Shown: positions 9,992 through 21,286, counted from the whole stretch's first letter. The stretch is DNA of 63,960 nt, filler included, from 8 parts of 8 records of this genome joined end to end with filler, not necessarily neighbours in it, one strand, 5' to 3'. The notes: generated by a model not told the origin, from the sequence alone. Translations and numbers: made by a program.

Positions 9992-10041
9992 GCATTTACA
10001 ATGCGCATTTAGAAGCGTTATAAAACCCGCATCAAAAATAC
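9992..10041. promoter_or_regulatory. Two putative Rrf2/NsrR operator boxes
   Basis: GCAT-N5-ATGC (9992-10004) and GCAT-N5-ATAC (10029-10041) in the divergent intergenic region. Confidence 0.55.
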
Positions 10042-10057
10042 CGATTATAGGTGCGAC

Positions 10058-10213
10058 ATGACTTTGGCAGATCTGATCCTTTGGCCCGGAACGCAATTTT
10101 GCAAATGGATCGGTGTGGAGCCGACCTCTGACGCGGGGTTGATCCGCTGGATGATCAACACATTGGTCTATACCGTCGTGATGTTGATCGCGGTTTGGGT
10201 GTTTTCGGTATGA
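10058..10213 (+). CDS. Small 51-aa membrane protein (not in ORF track)
   Basis: AGGTG RBS; MTLADLILWPGTQFCKWIGVEPTSDAGLIRWMINTLVYTVVMLIAVWVFSV; stop overlaps the globin start (ATGA). Confidence 0.75.
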   Translation: MTLADLILWPGTQFCKWIGVEPTSDAGLIRWMINTLVYTVVMLIAVWVFSV

Positions 10214-10614
10214 GCCTGCCTCCGAGATTTGATGTGAATGCCGATGACATCACCCGTGTTGTGCGCAGTTTTTACAGCGCTGTGCGGGGCGATCCGGTGC
10301 TTGGCCCGGTGTTTGGCGGACATGTTGCCGACTGGCCAAGCCACGAGGACAAAATTGTGCTGTTCTGGCGCAATGCGATCTTGGGAGAGCGGTGTTATTC
10401 CGGCAATCCGATGCAGGTGCATCTCAAGGCAAAAACGGTGGACCCGGATCATTTTGCCGGATGGCTGGCGCTGTTTGATGAGGTGCTGCACCGCGAATTG
10501 CCGCAAACCCCGGCGCGGGCTTGGTCTGCGCTTGCGCACCGGATCGGGCAGGGGCTGCGGTCTGGTCTGTTGGCGCAGCGCGGCGGGTTCGGGGCGCTGC
10601 CAGATCTGGGGTGA
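10210..10614 (+). CDS. Group III truncated haemoglobin
   Basis: FYSAVRGDPVLGPVF, DWPSHEDKI..FW, YSGNPMQVH, HFAGWLALF, AHRIG. Confidence 0.9.
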   Translation: MSLPPRFDVNADDITRVVRSFYSAVRGDPVLGPVFGGHVADWPSHEDKIVLFWRNAILGERCYSGNPMQVHLKAKTVDPDHFAGWLALFDEVLHRELPQTPARAWSALAHRIGQGLRSGLLAQRGGFGALPDLG

Positions 10615-11088
10615 TCAGGTCTTGCGCTTGATCCCGATGCTGCGGCCCACACGGTCTGGCAAAGGCATATCGCCCTGCGCCGCCTTGAACGCCGCCAGCT
10701 TTTGTCGAATGTCATCCGGCATCGGTGCGACGCGCGGGCCGGATTGATCCACATGCAGGGTCAGCCCCTCGGCGGTGGCGGCACACCAGCCATCCGCATG
10801 CCACATCTCTTGATAATAGTGGAAACGTTTCTCATCATAATCAATGAGTTGCAGCGTGACCGTCACCTCGTCACCCTCATGCAACTCACGCAGATAACAG
10901 ATGTGAAACTCGGCCACATAGGTGGTGCAGCCGGTCTTTTGATACTCTGGCCCAAAGCCCAGCTGTTCGTAGGCGTGATCCACCGCGTGATCAAACAACA
11001 CATTGTAATAGGCCATGTTGAGATGGCCGTTGAAATCAATCCACTCTGGCAAAACCCTGAGCGGACGGGATCGGAAAAGCTGGGTCAT
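10615..11088 (-). CDS. Thioesterase family (hotdog fold) protein
   Basis: WIDFNGHLNMAYYNVLFD, HICYLREL. Confidence 0.85.
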   Translation of the reverse strand: MTQLFRSRPLRVLPEWIDFNGHLNMAYYNVLFDHAVDHAYEQLGFGPEYQKTGCTTYVAEFHICYLRELHEGDEVTVTLQLIDYDEKRFHYYQEMWHADGWCAATAEGLTLHVDQSGPRVAPMPDDIRQKLAAFKAAQGDMPLPDRVGRSIGIKRKT

Positions 11089-11112
11089 TGGCGCTCCTGC
11101 GGGTGGCCCCGT

Positions 11113-11905
11113 TTATGAGTTCAGCTTTTTCGCGACCAGTTGGTTCACGGCCTTTGGGTTGGCTTTGCCGCCCGTGGCTTTCATCACCTGACCCACAAAC
11201 CAGCCTGCCAACTTGGGGTTTTCCTTGGCTTTGGCGACCTGATCGGGGTTGGCGGCGATGATCTCGTCCACTGCGGCCTCGATCGCGCCGGTGTCGGTCA
11301 CCTGTTTCATGCCTTCGGTCTCGACAATCTCGCCCGGCTCGCGGCCTGTGGTATAGCTGATTTCAAAGACGTCCTTGGCGATTTTGCCAGAGATTGCGTC
11401 AGAAGCGATCAGATCCACGATGGCACCCAAATGTGCAGGGGACACCGGGCTTTGTGTGATGTCTTTGTCGTCTTTCTTCAGACGGCCAAACAATTCGTTG
11501 ATCACCCAGTTCGCGGCCATTTTGCCGTCGCGGCCCTTGGCCACGGCTTCGAAATAGCCTGCCGAATCCAGATCGGCGGTCAGCACCGAGGCGTCATAAT
11601 CGCTGAGGCCAAAGTCATTGATAAAGCGGGCCTTTTTGGCGTCAGGCAGTTCGGGCAGATTGACCGCGATGTCATCCACCCAGGCCTGTTCAATCTCAAG
11701 CGGCAGCAGATCGGGATCCGGGAAGTAGCGATAATCATGCGCCTCTTCCTTGGACCGCATGGAGCGGGTTTCCTGTTTGTCGGGATCAAACAGGCGGGTT
11801 TCCTGCACCACTTCGCCGCCCGCCTCGACAATTGCGATCTGGCGGCGGGCTTCGACTTCAATCGCCTGCTGGATAAAGCGCATGGAGTTCATGTTCTTGA
11901 TCTCG
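11113..11905 (-). CDS. gatB: Asp/Glu-tRNA amidotransferase subunit B (5'-truncated)
   Basis: [33 protein letters not shown]. Confidence 0.97.
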
Positions 11906-12005
11906 NNNNNNNNNNNNNNNNNNNNNNNNNNNNNNNNNNNNNNNNNNNNTTAATTAATTAANNNNNNNNNNNNNNNNNNNNNNNNNNNNNNNNNNNNNNN
12001 NNNNN

Positions 12006-13136
12006 CTCTTCGTAACCCGTGGTGCCATTGATTTGCCCCGCCAGAAACAGGCCCGGCACATCGCGCACAGCCAGCCGCATATCCAGCGCGCGCGGATCGA
12101 TATAATCGTATTCAATGGCATAGCCCGGCTGGACAATGCGCGCGTTTTCCAAGCCGTAAATCGAATTTACATAGGCGTGCTGCACATCCTCGGGAAGCGA
12201 GGTTGAAATACCATTGGGGTAAACGGTGGTATCATCCAGCCCCTCGGGTTCGAGAAAAATTTGATGCGCCGTTTTATCGGCAAATCGCACAATCTTATCT
12301 TCGATCGAGGGGCAATACCGCGGGCCCACGCCCTCGATATGGCCGCCATACATGGCCGATCTACCCAGATTTTCACGTATAATTTCATGGGTTTGCGCGT
12401 TTGTATGGGTAATGCCGCACGCCACCTGCCGGGCACTGGGGCCTTTGGACAGGAAAGAAAACATCACCGGCTCTGTATCGCCGGGCTGCGATTCCAGCTT
12501 ATCCCATGCTATTGTGCGGCCATCCAGCCGCGGTGGTGTGCCAGTTTTCAGGCGACCCAGGGGCAAGCTGAAAGAATCGATGCGCTGCGCCAGCTTGACC
12601 GAGGGCTTATCGCCCATCCGCCCACCGGGGCGTTGCTGATCGCCAATGTGAATAACGCCCCGCAGAAAGGTGCCCGTTGTCAAAACCACAGCATGGGCGC
12701 GCAGCTGCGCCCCATCAGCCAGCTCTACCCCCGCCACGCGGTGGCCATCCATGATGAAATCGGTCGCTTCACCCTCGACAATTTGCAGCCCGGGGCAAGC
12801 CTGCATTTCCGCCAACATCGCTGTTCTATAAATCTTGCGGTCCGATTGCGCCCGCGGGCCTTGCACAGCCGGGCCTTTGCGCCGGTTGAGAAGACGAAAT
12901 TGAATACCGGCCTTATCAGCCACACGGCCCATCACACCATCTAGCGCATCGATCTCGCGCACCAAATGGCCTTTGCCCAGCCCACCAATGGCAGGGTTGC
13001 ACGACATCACGCCGATAGATGCTTGGGTAAGCGTAACCAACGCAGTGCGCGCACCCATGCGGGCAGCGGCGTGGGCGGCATCGGCGCCCGCATGGCCGCC
13101 CCCCACAACGATGACGTCGAAATCAAAATGTTTCAC
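12006..13136 (-). CDS. mnmG: tRNA uridine-5-carboxymethylaminomethyl modification enzyme (3'-truncated)
   Basis: [49 protein letters not shown] start 8 nt after AGGAG. Confidence 0.97.
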
Positions 13137-13144
13137 GTGAAACA
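13129..13144. promoter_or_regulatory. parS centromere site
   Basis: Perfect palindrome TGTTTCACGTGAAACA (canonical ParB site), ~3 kb from the predicted oriC. Confidence 0.9.
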
Positions 13145-13148
13145 CTCC

Positions 13149-14432
13149 TTACTTGCCCAAGCAGAAACTTGAAAAAATCTCGTCGAGAACCGTTTCAACA
13201 TCGATCCGCCCCACCAGCGATTCTAGCGTGCGGATCGCGTTTCGTAAATTCTCTGCCGCCAGATCATACATATCCGGGCCGATTCTGACAGTGCCGATCG
13301 CCGCCTGCAAATCGGCAACCGCGCGTTCCATCGCCTGCCTGTGGCGTGCACGCGTGGCCAGGCCCGCACCACTGGCCTGGGTGGCTAGCACCGCGCTGAT
13401 CTGCGACACCAACCGCGAAACGCCATGCCCGGTTTTGCCTGAAATGCCGTTTTCTAACCCATCATCTGTGTCAATTTTGGGCCGCAACACAATATCCTGT
13501 GTTTCGGGCTGCAAATCTAGATCTGTGGCATCGCCAAGAAACACCCGCAAATCGGCCTGCATTGCGCGCTGCTTTGCGCGCTCTATGCCAATCCCTTCGA
13601 CATGATCTGTGGTTTCGCGCAGGCCAGCAGTATCGAGAATAGTGACAGGCAGGCCCGCCAAATCCATTCGCACCTCGATGACATCGCGGGTTGTGCCAGC
13701 AAATTCTGATGTGATTGCCGCCTCGCGCCCCGCAAGCGCATTCAGCAGCGTAGATTTACCCACATTTGGTGCGCCCACGATTGCCACCTCGAACCCTGTT
13801 CGCACACGTTCTGCTGCGGCACTGCCAGCAATTTCTGCGCTTAGCGATAAAAGCGTGCCCTCGATCAGGTCTAGCACCTCATCCGATACATCTTCGGGCA
13901 CGTCTTCGTCTGCGAAATCTATCGTGGCTTCCAATAATGCGGCGGCGCGCACCAGATTGGCGCGCCAGCTTTCCGTTTTTGTGCCCAGCTCGCCAGAAAA
14001 CACACGCAACGCCTGTTTTCGCTGTGCTTCTGTTTCGGCATCAATCAGGTCGGCCAGCCCTTCGACCTGGGCCAAATCAAGGCAGCCATTTTCCATGGCG
14101 CGGCGGGTAAATTCACCGGGTTCTGCCAGGCGCAACCCTGGCTGTTTGCCCAATTCAGCCAACAAGGCCGCAATGATAGCCGGTGCGCCGTGGCATTGAA
14201 ATTCAACAACCGGCTCGCCCGTAAAACTGCGACCTTGGGCAAAGGCCAAAACCAAGGCCTGGTCTAGAAATGTGCCATCGCCTGCATAAAGGTTGCGCAG
14301 GCTGGTGCGCCCCGGCGCCGGGGTGGCGCCTGCAAGGGCTGCACAGGCGGCATAGGCCTGTGGCCCCGATACGCGCAACACCGCAACGCCAGCCTTACCA
14401 AAGGCTGTTGCTAAGGCAAAGATGGTATCCAT
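13149..14432 (-). CDS. mnmE: tRNA modification GTPase
   Basis: [32 protein letters not shown]-terminal FCLGK. Confidence 0.97.
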   Translation of the reverse strand: MDTIFALATAFGKAGVAVLRVSGPQAYAACAALAGATPAPGRTSLRNLYAGDGTFLDQALVLAFAQGRSFTGEPVVEFQCHGAPAIIAALLAELGKQPGLRLAEPGEFTRRAMENGCLDLAQVEGLADLIDAETEAQRKQALRVFSGELGTKTESWRANLVRAAALLEATIDFADEDVPEDVSDEVLDLIEGTLLSLSAEIAGSAAAERVRTGFEVAIVGAPNVGKSTLLNALAGREAAITSEFAGTTRDVIEVRMDLAGLPVTILDTAGLRETTDHVEGIGIERAKQRAMQADLRVFLGDATDLDLQPETQDIVLRPKIDTDDGLENGISGKTGHGVSRLVSQISAVLATQASGAGLATRARHRQAMERAVADLQAAIGTVRIGPDMYDLAAENLRNAIRTLESLVGRIDVETVLDEIFSSFCLGK

Positions 14433-14459
14433 GGTGCACCCCCTGGCGCCGCCGCGGTA

Positions 14460-15731
14460 TTAGCTGTTCATCGAATCGAAGAAATCGGAATTCGATTTGG
14501 TTTGTTTCAGCTTGCCCAACAGGAATTCGATGGCATCGGTTGTGCCCATCGGGTTCAAGATACGGCGCAAAACAAAGGTTTTTTGCAAATCAACCTTGTT
14601 GACCAGCAAATCCTCTTTCCGGGTGCCAGATTTCAAAATATCCATCGCCGGGAACACGCGCTTATCGGCAACTTTGCGATCTAGCACGATTTCCGAGTTA
14701 CCGGTGCCTTTGAATTCCTCGAAAATCACCTCATCCATCCGGCTGCCGGTGTCGATCAGCGCGGTTGCGATAATAGTCAGCGATCCGCCCTCTTCTACGT
14801 TACGCGCGGCACCAAAAAAGCGCTTTGGCCGTTGCAGGGCGTTTGCATCTACACCGCCGGTCAGCACCTTGCCAGACGAGGGCACAACAGTGTTGAACGC
14901 GCGGCCAAGACGGGTGATTGAATCCAGCAAAATCACCACATCGCGTTTGTGTTCCACCAGGCGCTTGGCCTTTTCAATCACCATTTCCGATACGGCCACG
15001 TGCCGCGTGGCAGGTTCATCAAAGGTCGATGAAATCACCTCGCCCTTCACCGACCGCTGCATATCTGTCACCTCTTCGGGGCGTTCATCGATCAGCAAAA
15101 CGATCAGGTAACATTCTGGGTGGTTCACCTCGATCGAGCGGGCGATGTTTTGCAACAACACAGTTTTACCCGTGCGCGGGGGCGCCACGATCAGGGCGCG
15201 CTGGCCTTTACCGATGGGCGAAACCAGGTCGATCACCCGGGCAGAGCGGTCTTTGATGGTGGGGTCTTCGATTTCCATCTTCAGCCGCTCGTCAGGGTAC
15301 AGCGGTGTCAGGTTATCAAAGGCAATTTTGTGGCGCGCTTTTTCGGGATCTTCAAAATTGATCACCCGCACATCCATTAGGGCGAAATACCGCTCGGCCT
15401 CTTCCGGGGCTTTGATAACCCCTTCAATAGTGTCACCCGTGCGCAGCGCATATTGGCGGATCATATCGGGCGAGACGTAAATATCGTCAGGGCCCGGCAG
15501 ATAGTTTGCCTCGGGCGAGCGCAAAAAGCCAAACCCGTCTTGCAGCACCTCTAAAACGCCATCACCGCCGATTTCCCACCCTTCATCCGCCATTTCGCGC
15601 AAGATCTGGAACATCATCTCGCCTTTGCGCATGGTCGAGGCGTTTTCGATTTCCAGCTCTTCGGCCATCGCCAAAAGATCTTTGGGGCTTTTTGCCTTTA
15701 GGTCAGACAGGTTCAAGCGGTTCTCGGGCAT
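14460..15731 (-). CDS. rho: Transcription termination factor Rho
   Basis: [34 protein letters not shown]. Confidence 0.98.
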   Translation of the reverse strand: MPENRLNLSDLKAKSPKDLLAMAEELEIENASTMRKGEMMFQILREMADEGWEIGGDGVLEVLQDGFGFLRSPEANYLPGPDDIYVSPDMIRQYALRTGDTIEGVIKAPEEAERYFALMDVRVINFEDPEKARHKIAFDNLTPLYPDERLKMEIEDPTIKDRSARVIDLVSPIGKGQRALIVAPPRTGKTVLLQNIARSIEVNHPECYLIVLLIDERPEEVTDMQRSVKGEVISSTFDEPATRHVAVSEMVIEKAKRLVEHKRDVVILLDSITRLGRAFNTVVPSSGKVLTGGVDANALQRPKRFFGAARNVEEGGSLTIIATALIDTGSRMDEVIFEEFKGTGNSEIVLDRKVADKRVFPAMDILKSGTRKEDLLVNKVDLQKTFVLRRILNPMGTTDAIEFLLGKLKQTKSNSDFFDSMNS

Positions 15732-15850
15732 AATATATCCAGCGGTTCTGCCACAGGCCGTGGCGCGATGTCAGCATTTATCAAGGAAAGCACATACCCG
15801 GACGGGCAGTTGGGGCCTTTTACGCGCTGTATCTGGCCGAGTCAAACGAT

Positions 15851-16300
15851 CTAAAATTTCAAAACCACTGCAAAAACGATAGCTATCATCAGAACGGTGG
15901 GCACTTCGTTCATCATCCGGTATTGCCGGCCGGTCAGCGTAGCACCCGATTGTGCAAAAAGGCGCACATGTTTGCCGCACCAGATATGAAACCATGTCAT
16001 GCCCAGCACAGACAGCAGTTTCACCCAGGGCCAAACACTGCCCCAATCCACCAGCCCCGGCACCATAACCAAAGCCAGCCCAAAGGCCCAAACAACCATC
16101 ATCGATGGCCGCATGATGTAGCGAAACAGCTTATATTCCATAACCTGAAACACCTGGTCGCGTGCATCGCCGGGTTTGGCCTGCTCGGCATGGTAGACAA
16201 ACAACCGGGGCAGATAAAAAATGCCCGCCATCCAGGTGATCACTGCCATAATGTGAATGGCCTTGATCCAAAGATACGCGGTGGCAAGCAGATCGGTCAT
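15851..16300 (-). CDS. hemJ: Protoporphyrinogen oxidase HemJ
   Basis: WIKAIHIMAVITWMAGIFYLPRLFVYH, RMMNEVPT. Confidence 0.9.
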   Translation of the reverse strand: MTDLLATAYLWIKAIHIMAVITWMAGIFYLPRLFVYHAEQAKPGDARDQVFQVMEYKLFRYIMRPSMMVVWAFGLALVMVPGLVDWGSVWPWVKLLSVLGMTWFHIWCGKHVRLFAQSGATLTGRQYRMMNEVPTVLMIAIVFAVVLKF

Positions 16301-16319
16301 GTTGGGTTCTCCAGTTCCC

Positions 16320-16670
16320 TCTTTAAATAATAAATATAAGAAGAAAAAAAGATGATTATGTAGGCAGGCCCCTTTCCTGTGGATTATCGGCTTATCCCCA
16401 ATTTACCCCAAGGTGGACAAATTTTTTTGCCATCATAAAGATTTAAAATTAAATATTTAATATCAATACCTTATAGAAATTAACCTTGTGGATAACCAGC
16501 TTGAAAACCGCATGATTTTGGTTTGTTCACAGGGCAACACTTATCCTGTCCATAGGGGGACAGTGCAGGATAAACACAGCACTTGCCCACCTTTTGTGTG
16601 GCCCTTGCGAAGCCTGCCTTAATTTCGCAGTAATCTTCCCTAACAAGTTCTTTAACTTATCCACGGGTCT
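16320..16670. other. Predicted chromosomal replication origin (oriC)
   Basis: AT-rich intergenic region between hemJ and maf with DnaA boxes TGTGGATTA (16378), TTATCCCCA (16392), perfect TGTGGATAA (16487) and TTATCCACG (16657); parS nearby. Confidence 0.8.
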
Positions 16671-16676
16671 ATCCTC

Positions 16677-17276
16677 ATGCCGCAAAAACTGGTTTTGGCG
16701 TCAAGCTCGGGCATACGCCGGCAGATGCTGGAAAACGCAGGCGTTTCATTCGAGGTGTCGCTGCCCCGGGTTGATGAAGATGCCGTGCGCCAATCGCTGT
16801 TGGCCGAGGCAGCCAGCCCCCGCGATATCGCCGATGCCCTGGCCGAACTTAAGGCGCGCAAGGTCAGCACACGCATGCCTGGTGCGCTGGTTTTGGGCTG
16901 TGATCAGGTGCTGTCGTTTGACGGGCAGATCATGGCGAAACCGGTATCGCGCGCTGATGCAGAACACCAATTGCGCCAGTTGCGCGGTGCGCGCCATCAG
17001 TTATTATCTGCCGCCGTTATTTACGAAGATGGCCAGCCGATATGGCGGTTTGTGGGCACAGTGCGGCTACAGATGCGCGATTTTTCCGATAGTTTTCTGA
17101 CCACTTATCTAGATCGAAACTGGCCCGATATTTCCAACAGCGTGGGTGGCTACAAGCTGGAATCCGAGGGCGTGCGCCTGTTCACCCGCGTTGATGGTGA
17201 TTATTTCACCGTTCTCGGCATGCCGTTGCTGGAAATCTTGTCTTACCTCACCCTACGCGGGGATCTGCAACAATGA
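16677..17276 (+). CDS. maf: Maf nucleotide pyrophosphatase
   Basis: LVLASSS..RR, LGCDQVL, GGYKLE, VLGMPL. Confidence 0.92.
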   Translation: MPQKLVLASSSGIRRQMLENAGVSFEVSLPRVDEDAVRQSLLAEAASPRDIADALAELKARKVSTRMPGALVLGCDQVLSFDGQIMAKPVSRADAEHQLRQLRGARHQLLSAAVIYEDGQPIWRFVGTVRLQMRDFSDSFLTTYLDRNWPDISNSVGGYKLESEGVRLFTRVDGDYFTVLGMPLLEILSYLTLRGDLQQ

Positions 17277-18106
17277 GCTTACCACAAATACCGCTTGCTG
17301 GCGTAATTGGCCACCCGATTGCACATTCGAAATCGCCGCAGTTACAGCGCCATTGGCTGAAAACCTTAGGGTTATCAGGCTATTACATACCCATGGATGT
17401 CAACCCAGACAATCTGGCACAGGTTCTAGACACCCTGCCCAAAGCGGGTTTCGTGGGGGTGAATGTAACCGTGCCCCATAAAGAGCGGGTTATGGAACTG
17501 GCCCACCAAATCACCGATCGCGCGGCATTGATTGGTGCGGCAAACACGCTGGTGTTTCGTGATGATGGCACCATTCATGCCGATAATACCGATGGGTATG
17601 GGTTTATCGAAAACCTGCGCCAAGGCGCGCCCAACTGGGTGCCAAACGCCGGGCCAGCGGCGGTATTGGGTGCGGGCGGTGCTGCGCGGGCGGTGGTATC
17701 GGCGCTGCTAGATGCGGGTGTGCCCGAGATCTTGATCTCGAACCGCACGCGATTGCGCGCTGAGCTGCTGCAAAACGATTTTGGCAAGCGGCTGAAAGTC
17801 ATCGATTGGGTGCAGGCTGGCAACATGCTGGAAGCGGCCACAACAGTTGTAAACACCACATCATTGGGCATGATCGGCAAACCCGAGCTGCGCGTGCCCC
17901 TGGATGGGTTGCAGCCCGGTGCTGTGGTGACAGATCTGGTTTATGCCCCCTTAAAAACCCGCCTTTTGGCCGAGGCCGAGGCCGCAGGCTGCACCACGGT
18001 AGATGGCTTGGGAATGCTACTTTATCAGGCGGTGCCGGGTTTTGAGCGTTGGTTTGGCCAGCGCCCCACCGTTGATGCAGCCACGCGCGCGGCGGTGCTA
18101 AGATGA
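17273..18106 (+). CDS. aroE: Shikimate dehydrogenase
   Basis: HSKSP, NVTVPHKE, NTDGYG, LGAGGAARA, DGLGML. Confidence 0.95.
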   Translation: MSLPQIPLAGVIGHPIAHSKSPQLQRHWLKTLGLSGYYIPMDVNPDNLAQVLDTLPKAGFVGVNVTVPHKERVMELAHQITDRAALIGAANTLVFRDDGTIHADNTDGYGFIENLRQGAPNWVPNAGPAAVLGAGGAARAVVSALLDAGVPEILISNRTRLRAELLQNDFGKRLKVIDWVQAGNMLEAATTVVNTTSLGMIGKPELRVPLDGLQPGAVVTDLVYAPLKTRLLAEAEAAGCTTVDGLGMLLYQAVPGFERWFGQRPTVDAATRAAVLR

Positions 18107-18696
18107 GCTTTCGCTTGGGGTTAACCGGCTCGATCGGTATGGGCAAATCCACGACAGCCACGCTTTTTGCCCAACAGGGCTGCGCGGTATGGGATGCAGA
18201 TGCAGCAGTGCACCGCCTTTATGGCCCCTGTGGTGCCGCTGTGGCGCCAATGGCTGCGCTTTTCCCTGATGCCGTTATCGATGGCGCCGTATCGCGCGAT
18301 GCGCTCAAGGGCATTATTGCCCAGGATCCGCAGGCGTTGAAACAGATCGAACAGGTCGTGCACCCACTGTTGGCCTCAGATCGCGCGGATTTTATTGAAA
18401 ATGCCAAAAGCGATATTTTGGTTTTTGACATCCCATTGCTGTTTGAAACCGGCGGCAACGCAAGGATGGATGCGGTGGTGGTTGTGTCTGCCCCGGCAGA
18501 TGTGCAGCGCAGCCGCGTGCTGCAGCGCGGCACGATGACCGAGGCGCAATTTCAGGCGATTTTGGCAAAACAAATGCCCGATGCCGAAAAACGCGCGCGC
18601 GCCGATTTTGTGATAGAGACCGATACGCTTGATCATGCCCGCCAACAGGTGGAAAAGATTGTGCAGCAGATCAGAAAAGGCCAGGCCGATGCGTGA
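18103..18696 (+). CDS. coaE: Dephospho-CoA kinase
   Basis: [19 protein letters not shown]. Confidence 0.95.
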   Translation: MSFRLGLTGSIGMGKSTTATLFAQQGCAVWDADAAVHRLYGPCGAAVAPMAALFPDAVIDGAVSRDALKGIIAQDPQALKQIEQVVHPLLASDRADFIENAKSDILVFDIPLLFETGGNARMDAVVVVSAPADVQRSRVLQRGTMTEAQFQAILAKQMPDAEKRARADFVIETDTLDHARQQVEKIVQQIRKGQADA

Positions 18697-19426
18697 GATT
18701 GTTCTAGACACTGAAACCACCGGTTTCGAGCCTGAACAAGGCGATCGTATCGTAGAAATCGGCGCGATCGAGCTGTTTAACCACATGCCCACGGGCAATA
18801 CATTTCACGTCTATATCAACCCCCAGCGCGACATGCCGCAAGCCGCCTTTGATGTGCACGGCATCGGCCCCGATTTGTTGGCCTCGCCCCGGCCGCCGCA
18901 GGGGGGCGAGGTAACGCTGAAAGACAAGCCGCTGTTCAAAGAGGTGGGGCAAAAATTTCTCGATTTCATCGGAACTGATGCAAAACTGGTGATCCACAAC
19001 GCCGCGTTTGATATGAAATTTCTAAACGCCGAACTGCGCTGGCTGGGTTTGCCACAAATCCAATGGGAACGCGCCATCGATACCTTGGCCATGGCGCGGC
19101 AAAAATTCCCCGGCTCGCCCGCCTCGCTTGATGCGCTGTGCCGCCGGTTTGGTATAGATAACACCGCACGCACGCTGCACGGCGCCTTGCTGGATTCCGA
19201 GATTTTGGCCGAAGTGTATCTAGAGCTGATCGGCGGCCGCCAGCCTGATTTCGGCTTGGCCGAAACCAGCACAGGCCCGCAAACCAGCGCCACCACCCAA
19301 TGGAAACCGCGCCCCCGCCCCACGCCTTTGCCCCCGCGTATCACCGAGGCCGAAGAACAGGCGCATGCCGCTTTTGTGGAAAAGATGGGCCCTGATGCCC
19401 TGTGGCAAAAATTGGCCCAGACCTAA
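18689..19426 (+). CDS. dnaQ: DNA polymerase III epsilon subunit
   Basis: [23 protein letters not shown]. Confidence 0.95.
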   Translation: MREIVLDTETTGFEPEQGDRIVEIGAIELFNHMPTGNTFHVYINPQRDMPQAAFDVHGIGPDLLASPRPPQGGEVTLKDKPLFKEVGQKFLDFIGTDAKLVIHNAAFDMKFLNAELRWLGLPQIQWERAIDTLAMARQKFPGSPASLDALCRRFGIDNTARTLHGALLDSEILAEVYLELIGGRQPDFGLAETSTGPQTSATTQWKPRPRPTPLPPRITEAEEQAHAAFVEKMGPDALWQKLAQT

Positions 19427-19446
19427 GCAGACTGGGCCAAAAATGC

Positions 19447-19938
19447 TTAGTTTGCAGGCGCTTCTGCAGCAGCGGCCTGTTGGCGGCGCAGCAGTTCCTG
19501 GCGATAGAGCTGAACGAAATCGATATTTTCCAAATTCAGCGGCGGGAAACCGCCATCGCGGGTCACATCCGATACGATGCGGCGCGCAAACGGGAACAGC
19601 ATGCGGGGGCATTCTATCAGCAAGAAGGGGTGCAGCTGGTCATCTGGGATGCCTTCGATATGAAAGATGCCGCCGTAATCCAGCTCTAGCAGGAACAGCT
19701 TGGTTTGCTTGTCTTTCGATGACGAGTCGATCACCAGCTTCATAGACACCTGATACTGATGCTCTTGCGCACGCTTTTGCGCATCCAGGTTCACCTGCAC
19801 GTTCACATCAGGTTGCACCTCGCCGCTGACACCTTTTTGGGCCATGACATTCTCGAACGACATGTCGCGGATAAACTGCGTAAGAACGCTCATTTTAATC
19901 TGTGGGGCTTGCGCCTCGGCTGCGCCATTTTCGGCCAT
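19447..19938 (-). CDS. secB: Protein-export chaperone SecB
   Basis: QFIRDMSFEN, ECPRMLFPFARR, GGFPPL. Confidence 0.95.
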   Translation of the reverse strand: MAENGAAEAQAPQIKMSVLTQFIRDMSFENVMAQKGVSGEVQPDVNVQVNLDAQKRAQEHQYQVSMKLVIDSSSKDKQTKLFLLELDYGGIFHIEGIPDDQLHPFLLIECPRMLFPFARRIVSDVTRDGGFPPLNLENIDFVQLYRQELLRRQQAAAAEAPAN

Positions 19939-19992
19939 ATCACTCTCCAACATATCTGCCTGTCTGGCACATAGCAGGATGACAGCGGGTCC

Positions 19993-20517
19993 TCAATGCT
20001 TGGTCCACCCCGATGGGCCGCTGCCGCCGGCATTTGCGCCCTTGGGCGGCATATCTGCATCATCCAGCGCGGAAAATTCGCCATCGATCACCGTGCCATC
20101 GTGATAGCTGTTGTGCGGTCTTTGGTTGTGCGCCGCTTGGCCATGCATAGTGTGGCTGGCAAAGCTGTGCACCTGCACCTTTGCGCGCAGATAGGCCAAA
20201 ACCCCCCTGCGCACGCCGGGCACCAACAGCGCCAGCCCCAGCGCATCGGTGAAAAACCCAGGCGTCAGCAGCAAAACGCCCGAAACCAAAATCATGGCAC
20301 CATGGGCCAATGGCTCGGTCGGGTCGCGCATATCGGAAAACGAGCGTTGCACATCGCGCAGCGCCAGCGCGCCTTGCGCCTTCATCAGCCGCGTGCCGGC
20401 AAAGGCTGTCAGCACCACGATGGCCAGCGTTGGCCAGGTGCCAATCAGCCCGCCCACCTGTATGAAAAGGGCGATCTCGATGATGGGCACCATCACAAAC
20501 GCCAGAAACAGCCACAT
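19993..20517 (-). CDS. fxsA: FxsA family membrane protein
   Basis: PIIEIALFIQVGG, LLLTPGFFTDALG, VIDGEF. Confidence 0.9.
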   Translation of the reverse strand: MWLFLAFVMVPIIEIALFIQVGGLIGTWPTLAIVVLTAFAGTRLMKAQGALALRDVQRSFSDMRDPTEPLAHGAMILVSGVLLLTPGFFTDALGLALLVPGVRRGVLAYLRAKVQVHSFASHTMHGQAAHNQRPHNSYHDGTVIDGEFSALDDADMPPKGANAGGSGPSGWTKH

Positions 20518-20623
20518 TTCCCTCTCCTTATTTCCTAGGCTGCATGGTGGACTTGGCCCCATGCAGCACCTACATAAGGTGGCACAGGCCAAGATACCAC
20601 TTTTGACCGCCGAGAGGATAGTA

Positions 20624-21286
20624 ATGAACAACCCCATTCTTCAGCTTCTGGTTTTGGCAGCCATCGCTGTTTTTTTGATCCTGCGGCTCAAAAACGTGTT
20701 GGGCACCCGCGAAGGTTTTGAAAAACCTCCCCTGCCCCAACAGCCCACCCCCGACAGGGCTGCGCGCACCGATTTCGAGGTGATCGAAGGCGGCCCCGAC
20801 CGTGATATTGTTGATCATGTCGAACAGGGCAGCCCCGCAGCCGAGGCACTGGCCGCAATGAAAGGGGCCGAGCCCAGCTTTAACGTGGCCGAATTTCTGC
20901 AAGGTGCGCGTGGCGCCTACGAGATGATCTTGATGGCCTTTGAAAAAGGCGAGATCGAGCCGGTGATGGGGTTTCTCTCGCCCGAGGTGTATGAAACCTT
21001 TGCCCAGGTGATTGACGCGCGCACCGAACAGGGCCTGACCGTTGAAAGCGAATTCATCGGCATGCGCGAATTGGCACTGGCCGATGCGACATTTAATAAA
21101 ACCACCGGCGAGGCCGAGGTTTCTGTGCGCTATGTCGCTGAAATCACCTCGGTTGTGCGCGATGAAAGCGGCACGATCGTGGAGGGTGCGCCAAATGAAA
21201 TCAAACGCCAGCGTGATACTTGGACATTTGCCCGTGTTATGGGCAGCAACGATCCGAACTGGCAATTGGTTGCTACGGGCGAGTGA
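20624..21286 (+). CDS. Tim44/TimA family protein
   Basis: LRLKNVLGTREGFE, FLQGARGAYEMI, WTFAR..GSNDPNWQL. Confidence 0.9.
   Translation: MNNPILQLLVLAAIAVFLILRLKNVLGTREGFEKPPLPQQPTPDRAARTDFEVIEGGPDRDIVDHVEQGSPAAEALAAMKGAEPSFNVAEFLQGARGAYEMILMAFEKGEIEPVMGFLSPEVYETFAQVIDARTEQGLTVESEFIGMRELALADATFNKTTGEAEVSVRYVAEITSVVRDESGTIVEGAPNEIKRQRDTWTFARVMGSNDPNWQLVATGE

Noticed and set aside
16440-16660. CtrA sites in the oriC region
   Set aside because: No exact TTAA-N7-TTAA match; only partial sites in AT-rich DNA.
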